The notes: generated from the letters alone by a model not told the origin. Positions 30,620 to 41,450 are shown, counted from the stretch's first letter. The stretch is DNA of 64,000 nt from an uncultured Eubacterium sp. (GCA_964387345.1 CAYLWI010000001.1:47525-111524); one strand, 5' to 3'. Numbers and translations are program-made.

Positions 30620-32110
30620 ATGGAGATTTTATACGCAAATACCCGCGATGCATCTGAGAAAGTGACTGCGTCCCAGGCGATTTTAAACGGTCTGGCGAAG
30701 GACGGCGGCCTGTATGTGCCTTCCGTCATTCCTGCCCTGGATATCCCGGTTGAGAAACTGGCGGAGATGAGTTATCAGGAAACCGCCTGCGCGGTGATGA
30801 GCCGGTTTCTTACAGATTTTACGGAGGAAGAGCTGAAGACCTGTATTGACAGGGCTTACGATTCCAAGTTTGATACGCCGGAGATTGCTCCGCTTGTTTA
30901 TGCGGACGGCGCCTGTTATCTGGAGCTGTTCCATGGACCTACAATTGCGTTCAAGGATATGGCGCTTTCTATTCTGCCCCATCTTCTGATTACATCAGCG
31001 CGTAAGAATCATGTGACCAATGACATTGTGATTCTGACTGCGACTTCCGGTGATACCGGGAAAGCTGCGCTGGCCGGATTTGCTGATGTGAAAGGAACAA
31101 AAATAATCGTGTTCTATCCCAAAAACGGCGTCAGCCCGATCCAGGAGAAGCAGATGGTGACCCAGAAGGGAGATAACACCTTTGTGGCTGGAATTACGGG
31201 GAACTTTGATCAGGCCCAGACCGGCGTGAAGAAGATGTTCTCGGATCCGGAGCTGAAGGCAGAGCTGAATGCGGCGGGATATCAGTTTTCTTCTGCCAAT
31301 TCCATTAATATCGGGCGGCTGGTTCCCCAGATTGTTTACTATGTGTATGCATATGCGAAGATGTATGCCAATGGGGAGATCGGGAAGGATGATCCCATTA
31401 ATGTGGTGGTTCCCACCGGCAATTTTGGGAATATTCTGGCCGCTTTTTACGCAAAGAATATGGGACTTCCCATTGCGAAGCTGATCTGCGCTTCCAATGA
31501 GAACAAAGTACTGTATGATTTCTTTTCGACAGGTGTTTATGATAAAAACAGGGAGTTTATTCTGACTTCCTCACCTTCCATGGATATTCTGATTTCCAGT
31601 AATCTGGAGCGCCTGATTTACCGGATCGCGGGTGAGGATGCGGAGAAGAACGCGGAACTGATGCGCGAGCTTTCCACGGACGGAAAGTATACGATTACTC
31701 CGGAGATGCGCGGGAAGCTGGCAGTATTTTATGGTAATTATGCTACGGAAGCGGAGACAGCAGCGGTGATCCGTTCTCTTTATGAGAATACCGGATATGT
31801 CATTGACACGCATACGGCGGTTGCGGCAGGCGTATATAAAAAATATGTGGAGGAGACAGGTGATCAGACAAAGACAGTGATCGCTTCCACCGCAAGCCCC
31901 TTCAAGTTCACCAGAAGCGTTATGGACGCAATTGATGAAAAGTATGATACAATGAGCGATTTTGAGCTGGCGGATGAGCTTTCCCGGATTGCGAATGTGA
32001 AGGTGCCCCAGGCAATTGATGAGATCCGCAGTGCTCCGGTGCTTCATAAGACGGTATGTGCGCCGGAGGAGATGCCGGAGACGGTAAAATCATTTCTTCA
32101 CATACAGTAG
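30620..32110 (+). CDS. thrC: Threonine synthase
   Basis: GLAKDGGLY, ELFHGPTIAFKD (PLP lysine), ATSGDTG, NSINIGRL, VPTGNFG. Confidence 0.96.
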   Translation: MEILYANTRDASEKVTASQAILNGLAKDGGLYVPSVIPALDIPVEKLAEMSYQETACAVMSRFLTDFTEEELKTCIDRAYDSKFDTPEIAPLVYADGACYLELFHGPTIAFKDMALSILPHLLITSARKNHVTNDIVILTATSGDTGKAALAGFADVKGTKIIVFYPKNGVSPIQEKQMVTQKGDNTFVAGITGNFDQAQTGVKKMFSDPELKAELNAAGYQFSSANSINIGRLVPQIVYYVYAYAKMYANGEIGKDDPINVVVPTGNFGNILAAFYAKNMGLPIAKLICASNENKVLYDFFSTGVYDKNREFILTSSPSMDILISSNLERLIYRIAGEDAEKNAELMRELSTDGKYTITPEMRGKLAVFYGNYATEAETAAVIRSLYENTGYVIDTHTAVAAGVYKKYVEETGDQTKTVIASTASPFKFTRSVMDAIDEKYDTMSDFELADELSRIANVKVPQAIDEIRSAPVLHKTVCAPEEMPETVKSFLHIQ

Positions 32111-32135
32111 AGACAGGAGATAGATTGGAGATCAT

Positions 32136-32510
32136 ATGAGTTATATATTAGCCGGACTTAATTTGGAAGATATCGGTTTTATGACGATATTCGATTTTAT
32201 TATACTGATCTACGGCGCGTATTCCATTTATACGGCGCAGCAGATGAAAAAGAACAGTACGCCGCCGGCATGGCTTGTTCCCCAGCAGTATGTGAACAGG
32301 ATCACAAAACCGGGAGAGTTTTGTGATCTCATGAGGCCGAAGACTTTTATTTTCGGCCTTGTCTGTGTATTATATGGCATCTATGGACTGATTGAATGTT
32401 TTTATATTAAAAATGATTTTGCGGAGGCTGCGGGTGTAACTGTATTTGCGGTATTTCTGATCTGGTTTGTTATCAGCCTGCAGAACGCGAAGAGAAAGTA
32501 TATGAAATAA
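32136..32510 (+). CDS. Small three-TM hypothetical membrane protein
   Basis: 124 aa, three hydrophobic segments, GGAG RBS. Confidence 0.6.
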   Translation: MSYILAGLNLEDIGFMTIFDFIILIYGAYSIYTAQQMKKNSTPPAWLVPQQYVNRITKPGEFCDLMRPKTFIFGLVCVLYGIYGLIECFYIKNDFAEAAGVTVFAVFLIWFVISLQNAKRKYMK

Positions 32511-32547
32511 CAGCAGATGGAACTTGAAACGCGAGAGGGTGCATAAG

Positions 32548-34128
32548 ATGTATCGGTTGCTTTTGCTGGATGACGAGGAGATTGTTCTCAACGGCATCCA
32601 GAAGGTTTATGACCTGCAGAAATATGGTTTTAATGTGGTGGGAGCTTTCTCAAATCCGCTGAAAGCAGTGGAGCAGCTGGAGAATCTGAAGCCGGATCTG
32701 GTAATTACGGATGTCAGGATGCCGCAGATGGACGGGCTGGAGTTTGCCAGTCTGGTAAAAAAGTGGAATCCGGAGACGGAAGTGGTCATTCTATCCGGAT
32801 ATGATGATTTTTCCTATGCCCAGGCAGCAGTGAAAATAGGGATCAGCGATTATCTGTTAAAGCCGATAAAGAAAAATGATTTTATGGAAATGCTGTCGCG
32901 GATGGTTCGGAAGATCCGGGAAAAACAGTCCAGGGAGAATCAGCAGCAGCAGATCAGGGAACTGTTACAGAACAGTTACTCAGAACTGAAAAACCGTTAT
33001 TTTCTGGCGCTGACAGAGGAAAACAGGCGTGATGAAGGACTCTGGGAAGCGCTGAAAAAGCATGGCCGGAATGAGTTTGAAGATGAACTGTTTCTGATGA
33101 TTAAAATTGATACGGATCAGATCTCGTCAACGGAAGATTATATGTCAGAAGTCGGAAGACTTCTCCAGGAAATAGAGGCTGTTCTTTCAGATTATGGAAA
33201 GGTACTGGATTTCCTGTCTGATGAGAGTATGTTTTTTGTCCTGTACGATTTCAATGAAGAGCAGTATCAGGATGTAAAGGAGACCTTTTACAGACTTCTG
33301 GAAAAGAAGTGGGAAAAGGAGATGAAACTGGCATCGGGCTTCAGTGATATTCACCGGGGCCAGCGGGAGATGTTCCAGGCCAGGAATGACTGTGTGCGTC
33401 AGATTTTTATGGCGGAGGCAAATATTGCCGATACATCAGACGCAAATCCTGTACATAAAAAAGAGATGAATCTTACAATTCCTTATGCTGAGATTGAGAA
33501 TCTGTTTCATGCGATTTATATGAATGATAAAGATGGGATGATTAATACTCTGGATCAGATTTATGTAGCGCCGGAGGATAATGTGCATGTATTGTACCGA
33601 GATTATGTTTCCAGTATTTCTTTTCTGATTCTCCTTCGTATATATCAGTTACAAAATAAGTACGACGCCAGGGATCAGATTGCCCGTCAGGAGCTTCTTG
33701 ATCTGAAGTATCTGCGCAGGGAATATCCAGGAATGGAGAAGCAGAAAAATCTGGTGAAGGAAGTTTCTATGGAGATTGCGGAACTGATTTCCAGACAGAA
33801 GGTGGCTGCACCGTCTAAAATGGTACAAGCTGCTCTGGGATATATAGAGAAACATTTCGGAGAGAATATTTCTCTGCAGGATGTGGCTGATAATATTAAT
33901 ATAAGCAAAAATTATCTGTGTGATATTTTTAAAAAAGAAATAGGCATTACTTTTATCAATTATGTGACAAACCTCCGCATTGAGAAAGCGAAGGAGTATC
34001 TGACTAATACTGATATGAAAATGTATGAAGTATCCGGCGCAGTAGGATATCATGATTATGCCTATTTTTCACAGATTTTTAAAAAGCATACAGGGACAAC
34101 ACTTTCTGCCTATCGGAAAAACACATGA
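32548..34128 (+). CDS. YesN-like response regulator (receiver + AraC HTH)
   Basis: LLLDDE, ITDVRMP, ILSGYDDF, YLLKP; C-terminal SLQDVAD...YLCDIFKKE...YFSQIFKK. Confidence 0.93.
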   Translation: MYRLLLLDDEEIVLNGIQKVYDLQKYGFNVVGAFSNPLKAVEQLENLKPDLVITDVRMPQMDGLEFASLVKKWNPETEVVILSGYDDFSYAQAAVKIGISDYLLKPIKKNDFMEMLSRMVRKIREKQSRENQQQQIRELLQNSYSELKNRYFLALTEENRRDEGLWEALKKHGRNEFEDELFLMIKIDTDQISSTEDYMSEVGRLLQEIEAVLSDYGKVLDFLSDESMFFVLYDFNEEQYQDVKETFYRLLEKKWEKEMKLASGFSDIHRGQREMFQARNDCVRQIFMAEANIADTSDANPVHKKEMNLTIPYAEIENLFHAIYMNDKDGMINTLDQIYVAPEDNVHVLYRDYVSSISFLILLRIYQLQNKYDARDQIARQELLDLKYLRREYPGMEKQKNLVKEVSMEIAELISRQKVAAPSKMVQAALGYIEKHFGENISLQDVADNINISKNYLCDIFKKEIGITFINYVTNLRIEKAKEYLTNTDMKMYEVSGAVGYHDYAYFSQIFKKHTGTTLSAYRKNT

Positions 34129-34179
34129 AATCCTGTTGTGCGTATGTGTTTGCGTATGGTGTTTCTCTGGAGAATGAAG

Positions 34180-36030
34180 CTATAAAGTTTTTTTCACCGG
34201 AAGCATGATCTGACAGATAGTCTGACGGTTTATAGTGGAGTAGCTCAGACCATAATCATCGCCACAGATAATTTTTATTCTCCGGTGGATATTCTGGACG
34301 CCATACCCTTCATTTTTAAAGTTTAAGATGTCACTGTCCTCCGGGTTGAATACCAGGAGGCTTTTCATTTTTTCCAGATCAATCTGGGTACCGTCATTGA
34401 TGACCCGGAGTATCACATACTTTCCGATACTGATGCTGATGGAAAGACGACCGCCTCCCTCCAGTCTGTCGATTCCATGCTTCAGCGCGTTTTCTACTAC
34501 AGGCTGCAGAATAAAACGGGGAATGTACAGAGCAGGAAGTGGATCGGGCATATCGAAATTGTAGGTCAGGCGGTCGGCGTAACGGAATTTCTGCAGAACA
34601 AGATAACTCCGGATATATTGGATTTCCTGCTCCATTTCCACGAAAGAACTGTTATTTTTCATCAGGCTCAGGCGAAAGGTATCCGACAGGGCGGTAATCA
34701 TTTCGCTGATGTCATCCTGTCCGTTGGCCAGGGCGATCCAGTTGATGGAATCCAGGGTGTTATAGAGAAAATGTGGGTCAATCTGACTTTGCAGAAGAGC
34801 AAGCTCCGCATCTTTTTTTTCCAGATTTTTTACATAGATTTCCTGGATCAGCCGGTTCATACGTTCTTCCAGCTGTTCATAGGAACGGTACATCTGTCCA
34901 ATTTCATCCGAGCGGTTCTGATATCGTTTTACTGTATTTTTGTTCAGTTCCTGATCGGAGCCGTGATAGGCATCCATCATTTTGGAAAGGCTGACAATGG
35001 GCCGGGCCATACTGATGGAACTGTATTTGGATATAAAAAACAGAGCCGCGATGATGACCGCAATGGAGAGAATCAGAATATACATCATAATGGTGGCCGT
35101 TTCATTAATCTCGTGGTAGGGGGTCATCATATAAATCGTCCAGTTATCTGAATTCATTTCAGAAGCAGTAAGAACATATTGCTCACCTTCGTAGCGAAAA
35201 ATCTGATTCCCTTTCTGGTAATCCGCCTGGATGAAAATGTCATAATAGTTGTCCATCATGGAGTTTGCCATGATCAGATCTCCGTCTTCATTGAGCAGAA
35301 AAACATTGGTTGTTCTGCCCCAGGAAATATCCTGCCAGAGCTGTTCCACATATTCGTCATCGAGATAGATCATCAGATAGCCAAGGACAGTGTGATAATC
35401 TGTTGAACTGTATATGGGGCGGGCCAGCAGCAGAGTATTGATCTGTTTTGGAATCTCGTTGTTTTCCTGGGATTCGTAAACCGTTGCGGTCAGTCTGGAA
35501 TAAGGAAACCAGGCATAGGACTGATTCATGCTGATCAGCTGGGGATACCACCATTTTTCGCAGATGTTATGGAAGCCGGAGCGGTCTGTATAGGCATTCT
35601 CTGTTGAGTAGATAGTACGGTCTTTCGTGGTCAGAACAATACTGTCAATATAATCACGGTTGAGAAGCAGGCCGTTAATATAATAAGAAGTATCCGTATC
35701 GTCTGGGTATGCAGCTGAACTGTTGGCAATCGTCAGATACTCCTGGATAATTGAATTATAAATCAGCTCCCGGGACATATTTTCCGTATCATTAAAGATG
35801 GATTCTAATTGTGCGGATGTTTTTTCCAGCTCGGTTGCCTGGGTCTGGGTTACATTTTCATGAGTGATGAACTGGATGATCGAAAAAGCAATCACCAGAA
35901 CTCCGGATATTACAGGGATGGCAATAAAAAGAAATGAAATAAATAAACGCCGCTGGAAGCTGGCAGAGTCAGATAATCCGTTAAATATTTTAAAAAAGGG
36001 GAGCCGTCTTTCCTTTTTTTTGTTTTTCAT
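34180..36030 (-). CDS. YesM-like sensor histidine kinase (Cache/HAMP/His_kinase)
   Basis: Two TM segments, DEIGQM HAMP, QIDPHFLYNTL, LQPVVENALKHG, GYGVQNI. Confidence 0.92.
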   Translation of the reverse strand: MKNKKKERRLPFFKIFNGLSDSASFQRRLFISFLFIAIPVISGVLVIAFSIIQFITHENVTQTQATELEKTSAQLESIFNDTENMSRELIYNSIIQEYLTIANSSAAYPDDTDTSYYINGLLLNRDYIDSIVLTTKDRTIYSTENAYTDRSGFHNICEKWWYPQLISMNQSYAWFPYSRLTATVYESQENNEIPKQINTLLLARPIYSSTDYHTVLGYLMIYLDDEYVEQLWQDISWGRTTNVFLLNEDGDLIMANSMMDNYYDIFIQADYQKGNQIFRYEGEQYVLTASEMNSDNWTIYMMTPYHEINETATIMMYILILSIAVIIAALFFISKYSSISMARPIVSLSKMMDAYHGSDQELNKNTVKRYQNRSDEIGQMYRSYEQLEERMNRLIQEIYVKNLEKKDAELALLQSQIDPHFLYNTLDSINWIALANGQDDISEMITALSDTFRLSLMKNNSSFVEMEQEIQYIRSYLVLQKFRYADRLTYNFDMPDPLPALYIPRFILQPVVENALKHGIDRLEGGGRLSISISIGKYVILRVINDGTQIDLEKMKSLLVFNPEDSDILNFKNEGYGVQNIHRRIKIICGDDYGLSYSTINRQTICQIMLPVKKTL

Positions 36031-36052
36031 AAAAAACTCCTGTCAGATTTAT

Positions 36053-36097
36053 TTTTTTCATTTTACAATAGATTTGATACGTTGTAAAATGAAAAAA
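36053..36097. promoter_or_regulatory. 16-bp perfect inverted repeat forming mirror-image divergent promoters
   Basis: TTTTTTCATTTTACAA-13-TTGTAAAATGAAAAAA; gives TTTACA-17-TAAAAT on both strands. Confidence 0.7.
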
Positions 36098-36142
36098 CAG
36101 GAGTGAACGGCAAGAGAGAAGCTTTGATGCAGGATAAAGAAA

Positions 36143-37459
36143 ATGAAAAAAATAATTTCAAGAATATTAGTTATATTAGTATGCGTTCCGGTGGCCGCGT
36201 TATGGCTGACAGGATGCGGCTTCCGGACAAAGATGCAGGAGAATGTTTCGGATTCGCAGACAGAGATTTCTCTGGAAGTATGGTTTTGTTATGACAGAAA
36301 TGTTCCGGGAGCCTATTATGTATTTCTCTGGGATACGCTGGCAGAGCAGTACGGTTATGAGATAGAGATCGAGACATATTCAGCGCAGGAGATCCAGGAC
36401 AAACTGAAGATGGGAATTGTATGTAATGAACTTCCCGACATATTTTATGTACCAGGCGGAAACTATGCGGAATATCTGTTTGAGTCGGGAGCCTGTATGC
36501 CTGTCCAGGATTATCTGGAGGGTGCTGGGTTTCTGGAAAAGTATACGCTTCCCTCTGAGGACGGAAATAATTATATTATTCCCTGTATGGCTGACAGTTA
36601 TGCAGTGGCCTATTATGATTCCGCACTGCTGGAGGAAATCGGTCTTGAAGTTCCCTCTTCCTGGGAAGAATTGGAGGAGATGGTAAAAAAAGTGAATCAG
36701 TACAATCAGGAAAACGGAACAGAATACACTGCTGTTGAAATGGGTATGAAGGACAAATGGATGGGAGAATTGTTTTACTGCATGACTGCTCTCCAGACGG
36801 ATCAGGAAATTTATCATATGGTGGAAAGCGGAACTGCTTCGGAGAATGCGTTTGCACAGCTGCTTTCAGAATCATCTGCTGCAGTCCGGCAGATGATGGA
36901 TCTTGGTGCCTTTCCAGTGGATTATATGGAGATTGGTGAGTCAGAGGCAGTAAGAAATTTTATTAATCACGACGCGGTAATGATGGTACATCAATCATCG
37001 CTGGTCTATCATCTTATACAGAATATGGGGCAAGACGGATTCTGTGTTTCCGCGTTTCCGGGAACTGTTACTGACACAGGGGAGCAATCTGTTTATGATA
37101 TTATGAATATGAATGCTACATATACACCAGGACTGGCTGTCAGCGCAGGATCAGAATTTAAGGAGGAAGCGGCGCAGCTCAGTGTGGAGTTTGCCTTGAG
37201 TGTGAACCAGACAAATGTGGAACAGCACGGTTATCTGAACATGACAGAAAGTGCGTTCTCCCCCGCAAATCAGATCCTCTCCCAGGTTCAATTTATCCAT
37301 GAACTGGAAGATAATGTCAGATCGGCAAATGCATTTTTGTTTTCTGCAATTGCCCAGGATACCGGAGATGAATGGGGGAATATAATGAAACAGTTTTACG
37401 CGGGAGAAATAGATACAGGGGAATTTTCTGAAAAAATCACACAATTTATTGTAAAGTAA
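36143..37459 (+). CDS. Extracellular solute-binding lipoprotein (sugar-type cluster), no adjacent cognate permease
   Basis: MKK...LTGC lipobox; DIFY, VPSSWEEL motifs typical of SBP family 1. Confidence 0.8.
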   Translation: MKKIISRILVILVCVPVAALWLTGCGFRTKMQENVSDSQTEISLEVWFCYDRNVPGAYYVFLWDTLAEQYGYEIEIETYSAQEIQDKLKMGIVCNELPDIFYVPGGNYAEYLFESGACMPVQDYLEGAGFLEKYTLPSEDGNNYIIPCMADSYAVAYYDSALLEEIGLEVPSSWEELEEMVKKVNQYNQENGTEYTAVEMGMKDKWMGELFYCMTALQTDQEIYHMVESGTASENAFAQLLSESSAAVRQMMDLGAFPVDYMEIGESEAVRNFINHDAVMMVHQSSLVYHLIQNMGQDGFCVSAFPGTVTDTGEQSVYDIMNMNATYTPGLAVSAGSEFKEEAAQLSVEFALSVNQTNVEQHGYLNMTESAFSPANQILSQVQFIHELEDNVRSANAFLFSAIAQDTGDEWGNIMKQFYAGEIDTGEFSEKITQFIVK

Positions 37460-37503
37460 CAATGTTTCGGGTGTAAAAACGGAAAAAATCTGCATTATGC
37501 ATA

Positions 37504-37550
37504 AAAAAGAAAAAGATTTCACAATTTATTTGTGGAATCTTTTTCTTTTT
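37504..37550 (+). terminator. Terminator after the orphan binding protein
   Basis: AAAAAGAAAAAGATTTCACAA-TTTAT-TTGTGGAATCTTTTTCTTTTT. Confidence 0.75.
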
Positions 37551-37673
37551 GGGAGATATTCCCGTAACATTTTAAATAAAATAATAATATTTTCGGATTT
37601 TATTCTATAATATTTTCAGATAAAATAAGCATGTCGTAAGGATACACTTTTTATAACTAACTTACAGGAGGAT

Positions 37674-38972
37674 ATGAACATGAAAAAAAGATTAGCACAA
37701 ATGGCTGCAGTAGCTATGTGTGTAGCAGTGGTCGGTTCACTGGCGGCATGTGGCAGCAGCAGCGGCGATGGCGGAAGCGCTGACAACGAGAGTAGTTCAT
37801 CGGGAAGCTCCGGAGATACAATTACAGTCGGAGTAGTATACCCGGCAACCGGTGCCCTGGCAGCATTCGGCGATGGTACCGAGGAGATGTACGGATACGC
37901 CGTAGATCAGATTAATGAAGCAGGCGGTATTGAGGTGGATGGAACCATGAAGCAGATTGAACTTGTTTTCGCGGATTCCGAGTCTGATGCAACGAAGGCA
38001 TCTGAGGCAGCAAACAACCTTATTTCCAACAGAGGCGTTGATATTATGCTGACTGCAAAGACAGCAGATACGACTGTTCCGGTAGCAGCAGCATGCGAAC
38101 GTGCCGGTATTCTTTGTTTATCGGTAGACACGCCGGATGAGGCATGGGCGACAGCCGATTATACCACATCCTATCATGCAGGCTTTGATACTGAGAATGA
38201 GCTTTCTGCATTTGCAGACGCATGGGAGCTGGCTGGAGTTTCTGAAGGTGGTACCGTAGGCGTTATGCATGCTACTGATACAGAGGGGCAGACAATGATT
38301 GGCGCGATTGCTGATTTCTGTGATTCCAGAGGCTATGTAGCTTATGATCCCGGTGCATATACATCCGGTGCAACAGACTATACATCTATTATTAGTAATC
38401 TGAAACAGGAGAACTGTGAGGCCATTGCCGGCGTTATGCTGACATCCGATTTCGGTACTTTTTTTGCACAGCTGAAGTCTTCCGGATATATGCCGAAGGT
38501 TGTTACTGTAGCCAAAGCAACTCTGTTTACAGCAGATGTTGACGCGGCAGGTGCAGACGGACTTGCTTCTGGTCTGTGCTCTGAGGTATGGTGGACTGTG
38601 GACCATCCATTTACTTCATCTATTTCTGGACAGACTTGTGCAGAAATTGGAGAGGCATGGATGGAACTGATGCCCGATTATGATTATGCACCGGCAACTG
38701 CTGGTTATGACTATGCAAATGTTGAGATTCTTTACAATGTATTAAAGAATGCGGGATCGCTTGATATTGATGCCCTTACAGCAGCGTGTGATGAACTGAA
38801 TGTGGATACTGTGATTGGTAATATACAGTTTAATGACGAGCATTATTCTGTACAGCCTCTTGTAACCGGTCAGTGGATTTATAATGAGGATGGAACATGG
38901 ACCCAGAATATCATCGCTTCTACACAGATTGAAGGCCTTGAGACCACAGGCGAGTTTGTTCCGTTCGAATAA
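37674..38972 (+). CDS. HAAT/Liv-family ABC substrate-binding lipoprotein
   Basis: LAAC lipobox, Ser-rich linker, TITVGVVYPATGALAAFG type I periplasmic-binding fold start. Confidence 0.88.
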   Translation: MNMKKRLAQMAAVAMCVAVVGSLAACGSSSGDGGSADNESSSSGSSGDTITVGVVYPATGALAAFGDGTEEMYGYAVDQINEAGGIEVDGTMKQIELVFADSESDATKASEAANNLISNRGVDIMLTAKTADTTVPVAAACERAGILCLSVDTPDEAWATADYTTSYHAGFDTENELSAFADAWELAGVSEGGTVGVMHATDTEGQTMIGAIADFCDSRGYVAYDPGAYTSGATDYTSIISNLKQENCEAIAGVMLTSDFGTFFAQLKSSGYMPKVVTVAKATLFTADVDAAGADGLASGLCSEVWWTVDHPFTSSISGQTCAEIGEAWMELMPDYDYAPATAGYDYANVEILYNVLKNAGSLDIDALTAACDELNVDTVIGNIQFNDEHYSVQPLVTGQWIYNEDGTWTQNIIASTQIEGLETTGEFVPFE

Positions 38973-39112
38973 TTTACGGAATTTTGCCAGAGATCAGATG
39001 CTCTGACAGAAAAAATTGAATCACAATGTAAAAAGAAGTAGCCGTTATAGAGAGCTTCTATGGCGGTTACTTCCATTATAAAACAAAACAGGGTTAACAG
39101 GGAGGAATAGTT

Positions 39113-39844
39113 TTGAGTGCAATATTAACTGTTAAAAACCTTGGTATTTCTTTCGGCAGCAACCATGTATTAAAAAATATAAATTTTACACTGGATGAGG
39201 GAGAAGTACTGGGAGTGATTGGTCCCAATGGGGCCGGGAAAACGGTTATGCTGAACATCCTGACTGGTATCTTAAAACCAACCAGGGGTACCATTCATTT
39301 CCAGGAGAAAGAAATTTCCCATGAAGGAATTACTGATCGCTGCCGCGGAGGCATCGGACGTACATTTCAGGTTCCCAGACCGTTTGAACAGATGACCGTA
39401 TTTGAGAATATCATGGTCGGCGGTGTTTTCGGAGCGGGAATGTCCGAGGCTGAAGCAAAGAAAAAAGCATTGGAAGTATCAAAGATCATTAAGCTTGACA
39501 ATAAACTGGATCTGTTTGCAGGAAAGCTTGGACTGCTGGACCGCAAACGTCTGGAAATCGGACGTGCGCTGGCAACTGAGCCGAAAATCCTTCTTCTGGA
39601 CGAGGTGGGCGGCGGTCTGACAGAGTCTGAGGTAGGACTGATTATTGATCTGGTTAAAATCATAAAGAAGCAGGGAGTGTCTGTGATCTGGATTGAGCAT
39701 ATCATCCGCACTATGCTGGAAGGTACAGACCGCGTAATGTTGCTGGCTGATGGCGTTGACGTCATTACCGGAACGCCTCTGGATGTCATGAACTCCAAAG
39801 AGGTAAAGAGAGTATACATGGGAGGAGGAGACGACGAAGAATGA
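39113..39844 (+). CDS. LivG-like ABC ATP-binding protein
   Basis: GPNGAGKT, RTFQVPRPF, LLLDE, IEH. Confidence 0.9.
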   Translation: MSAILTVKNLGISFGSNHVLKNINFTLDEGEVLGVIGPNGAGKTVMLNILTGILKPTRGTIHFQEKEISHEGITDRCRGGIGRTFQVPRPFEQMTVFENIMVGGVFGAGMSEAEAKKKALEVSKIIKLDNKLDLFAGKLGLLDRKRLEIGRALATEPKILLLDEVGGGLTESEVGLIIDLVKIIKKQGVSVIWIEHIIRTMLEGTDRVMLLADGVDVITGTPLDVMNSKEVKRVYMGGGDDEE

Positions 39845-40560
39845 GCCTGCTGGAAGTAAAAAATATTGATGTTCATTATGGAGATTTCCTTGCTCTTCAG
39901 AATATCTCCTTAAATGTGGAACCGGGAACGATTGTATCACTGATTGGCGCCAATGGGGCTGGAAAGTCTACAATCATGAATACGATCTGCGGATTTAACA
40001 AACCTACGAAGGGTGAGATCATTTTTAATGGTCAGAATATCTCGGGAAAGAAGCCTTCCCAGATTGCAAAGCTGGGTCTGTCCATGGCACCTGAGGGAAG
40101 TCATTGTTTTGAGCGGATGACGGTGCAGGATAATCTGCTCATGGGCGCTTATCTGGCAAAAGGCAGTGAGAGAAAGGACCGGCTTGAGAGCGTTTATAAG
40201 CTTTTTCCCGTGCTGAGGGAGAAGGCAAAACAGATGTCAACTTTCCTTTCCGGAGGACAGAGACAGATGCTTGCCATCGGACGCGGAATTATGACACAGC
40301 CGAAGATTCTTCTTCTGGATGAAGTTTCTCTTGGCCTTGCACCGGTAGTTATCAATGATATTTATGATAAACTGAAAGAGATTGCTGAGACGGGACTGAC
40401 CATGCTGATTGTGGAGCAGAACGTCAACCGTTCCCTGGAAGCTTCCGATTATACTTATGTGGTTCTGGAAGGCAGGATCGTGATGGAAGGAAAATCAAAA
40501 GATCTGAATGTGGATGAAGTGAATGATGCTTACTTCGGAATCGGAAGCTTTGCCCATTAA
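39841..40560 (+). CDS. LivF-like ABC ATP-binding protein
   Basis: GANGAGKS, LSGGQRQMLAIGR, SLGLAP, VEQN. Confidence 0.92.
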   Translation: MSLLEVKNIDVHYGDFLALQNISLNVEPGTIVSLIGANGAGKSTIMNTICGFNKPTKGEIIFNGQNISGKKPSQIAKLGLSMAPEGSHCFERMTVQDNLLMGAYLAKGSERKDRLESVYKLFPVLREKAKQMSTFLSGGQRQMLAIGRGIMTQPKILLLDEVSLGLAPVVINDIYDKLKEIAETGLTMLIVEQNVNRSLEASDYTYVVLEGRIVMEGKSKDLNVDEVNDAYFGIGSFAH

Positions 40561-40583
40561 TTGATAAAAGGAGTTGAGATGAA

Positions 40584-41450
40584 ATGATTCAATGTATAGT
40601 TACAGGTATCCTCCTGGGAGGATTGTATTCCATGATTGGCGTCGGCATGTCCCTTGTCTTTGGTATTATGGGACTGACGAACCTGGCTCATGGTGATCTG
40701 ATGATTCTCGGTACATATATTACCATGGTAGTGGCAAACTTACTGGGATGTAATCTGATTGTGTCTACGCTTATCTCAGTGGTTGTCATGTGTGTACTGG
40801 GATTTGTAATACAGCATTTCCTGGTTAATCAGGTTATGGACAAGGGATCAGCCCCGGCGCTGCTGGTTACGTTTGGTCTGTCCATATTCCTGTCCAATCT
40901 GATGCTGAAAATTTTCAGTGCGGACAACCAGATTATCAACAATCCACTTGCGTCAAAGAATGTGATTACAACAGATATACTATCTATTTCTGCCAGCTAT
41001 CTGGTAAGCTTTATAATTGCATGTGTCATTATCATAGGTCTTTCACTGGTGATGCAGAAGACCAATTTCGGCCGTTCCATCCGTGCCACATCCGATGATG
41101 TAATGGCAGCGGAGCTGATGGGGGTAAATACAAAGCTGGCTTATGCGGCTGCAATGGTAATCTGTATGGGAATTACAGCAGTTGCAGGATCCCTGGTAGG
41201 TTCTACCTTTACCTTCTATCCGTCCTCTGGTACCCAGTACCTGATCATCGCTTTCGGTGTGGTTGTCATCGGAGGCATGGGCTCTCTGTTCGGAACACTG
41301 GTCGGCGGTATTGTTCTCGGTGTGTCGCAGCTGCTTGGCGGTTTTATATTCGGTTCCGGCGTTCAGATGCTGGTGGCTTATATTGTTCTGCTTGTAATTC
41401 TGGCATTAAGGCCCAACGGATTATTCGCGGCTTCTGCGGTGAGAAAGTAA
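40584..41450 (+). CDS. LivH-like ABC permease
   Basis: GMSLVFGIMGLTNLAHGD, GRSIRA, VIGGMGSL. Confidence 0.92.
   Translation: MIQCIVTGILLGGLYSMIGVGMSLVFGIMGLTNLAHGDLMILGTYITMVVANLLGCNLIVSTLISVVVMCVLGFVIQHFLVNQVMDKGSAPALLVTFGLSIFLSNLMLKIFSADNQIINNPLASKNVITTDILSISASYLVSFIIACVIIIGLSLVMQKTNFGRSIRATSDDVMAAELMGVNTKLAYAAAMVICMGITAVAGSLVGSTFTFYPSSGTQYLIIAFGVVVIGGMGSLFGTLVGGIVLGVSQLLGGFIFGSGVQMLVAYIVLLVILALRPNGLFAASAVRK

Noticed and set aside
36103-36294. 63-aa ORF starting at GTG after CAGGAG
   Set aside because: Overlaps the binding-protein gene out of frame and has no motif; the RBS-like sequence is explained by the promoter symmetry.
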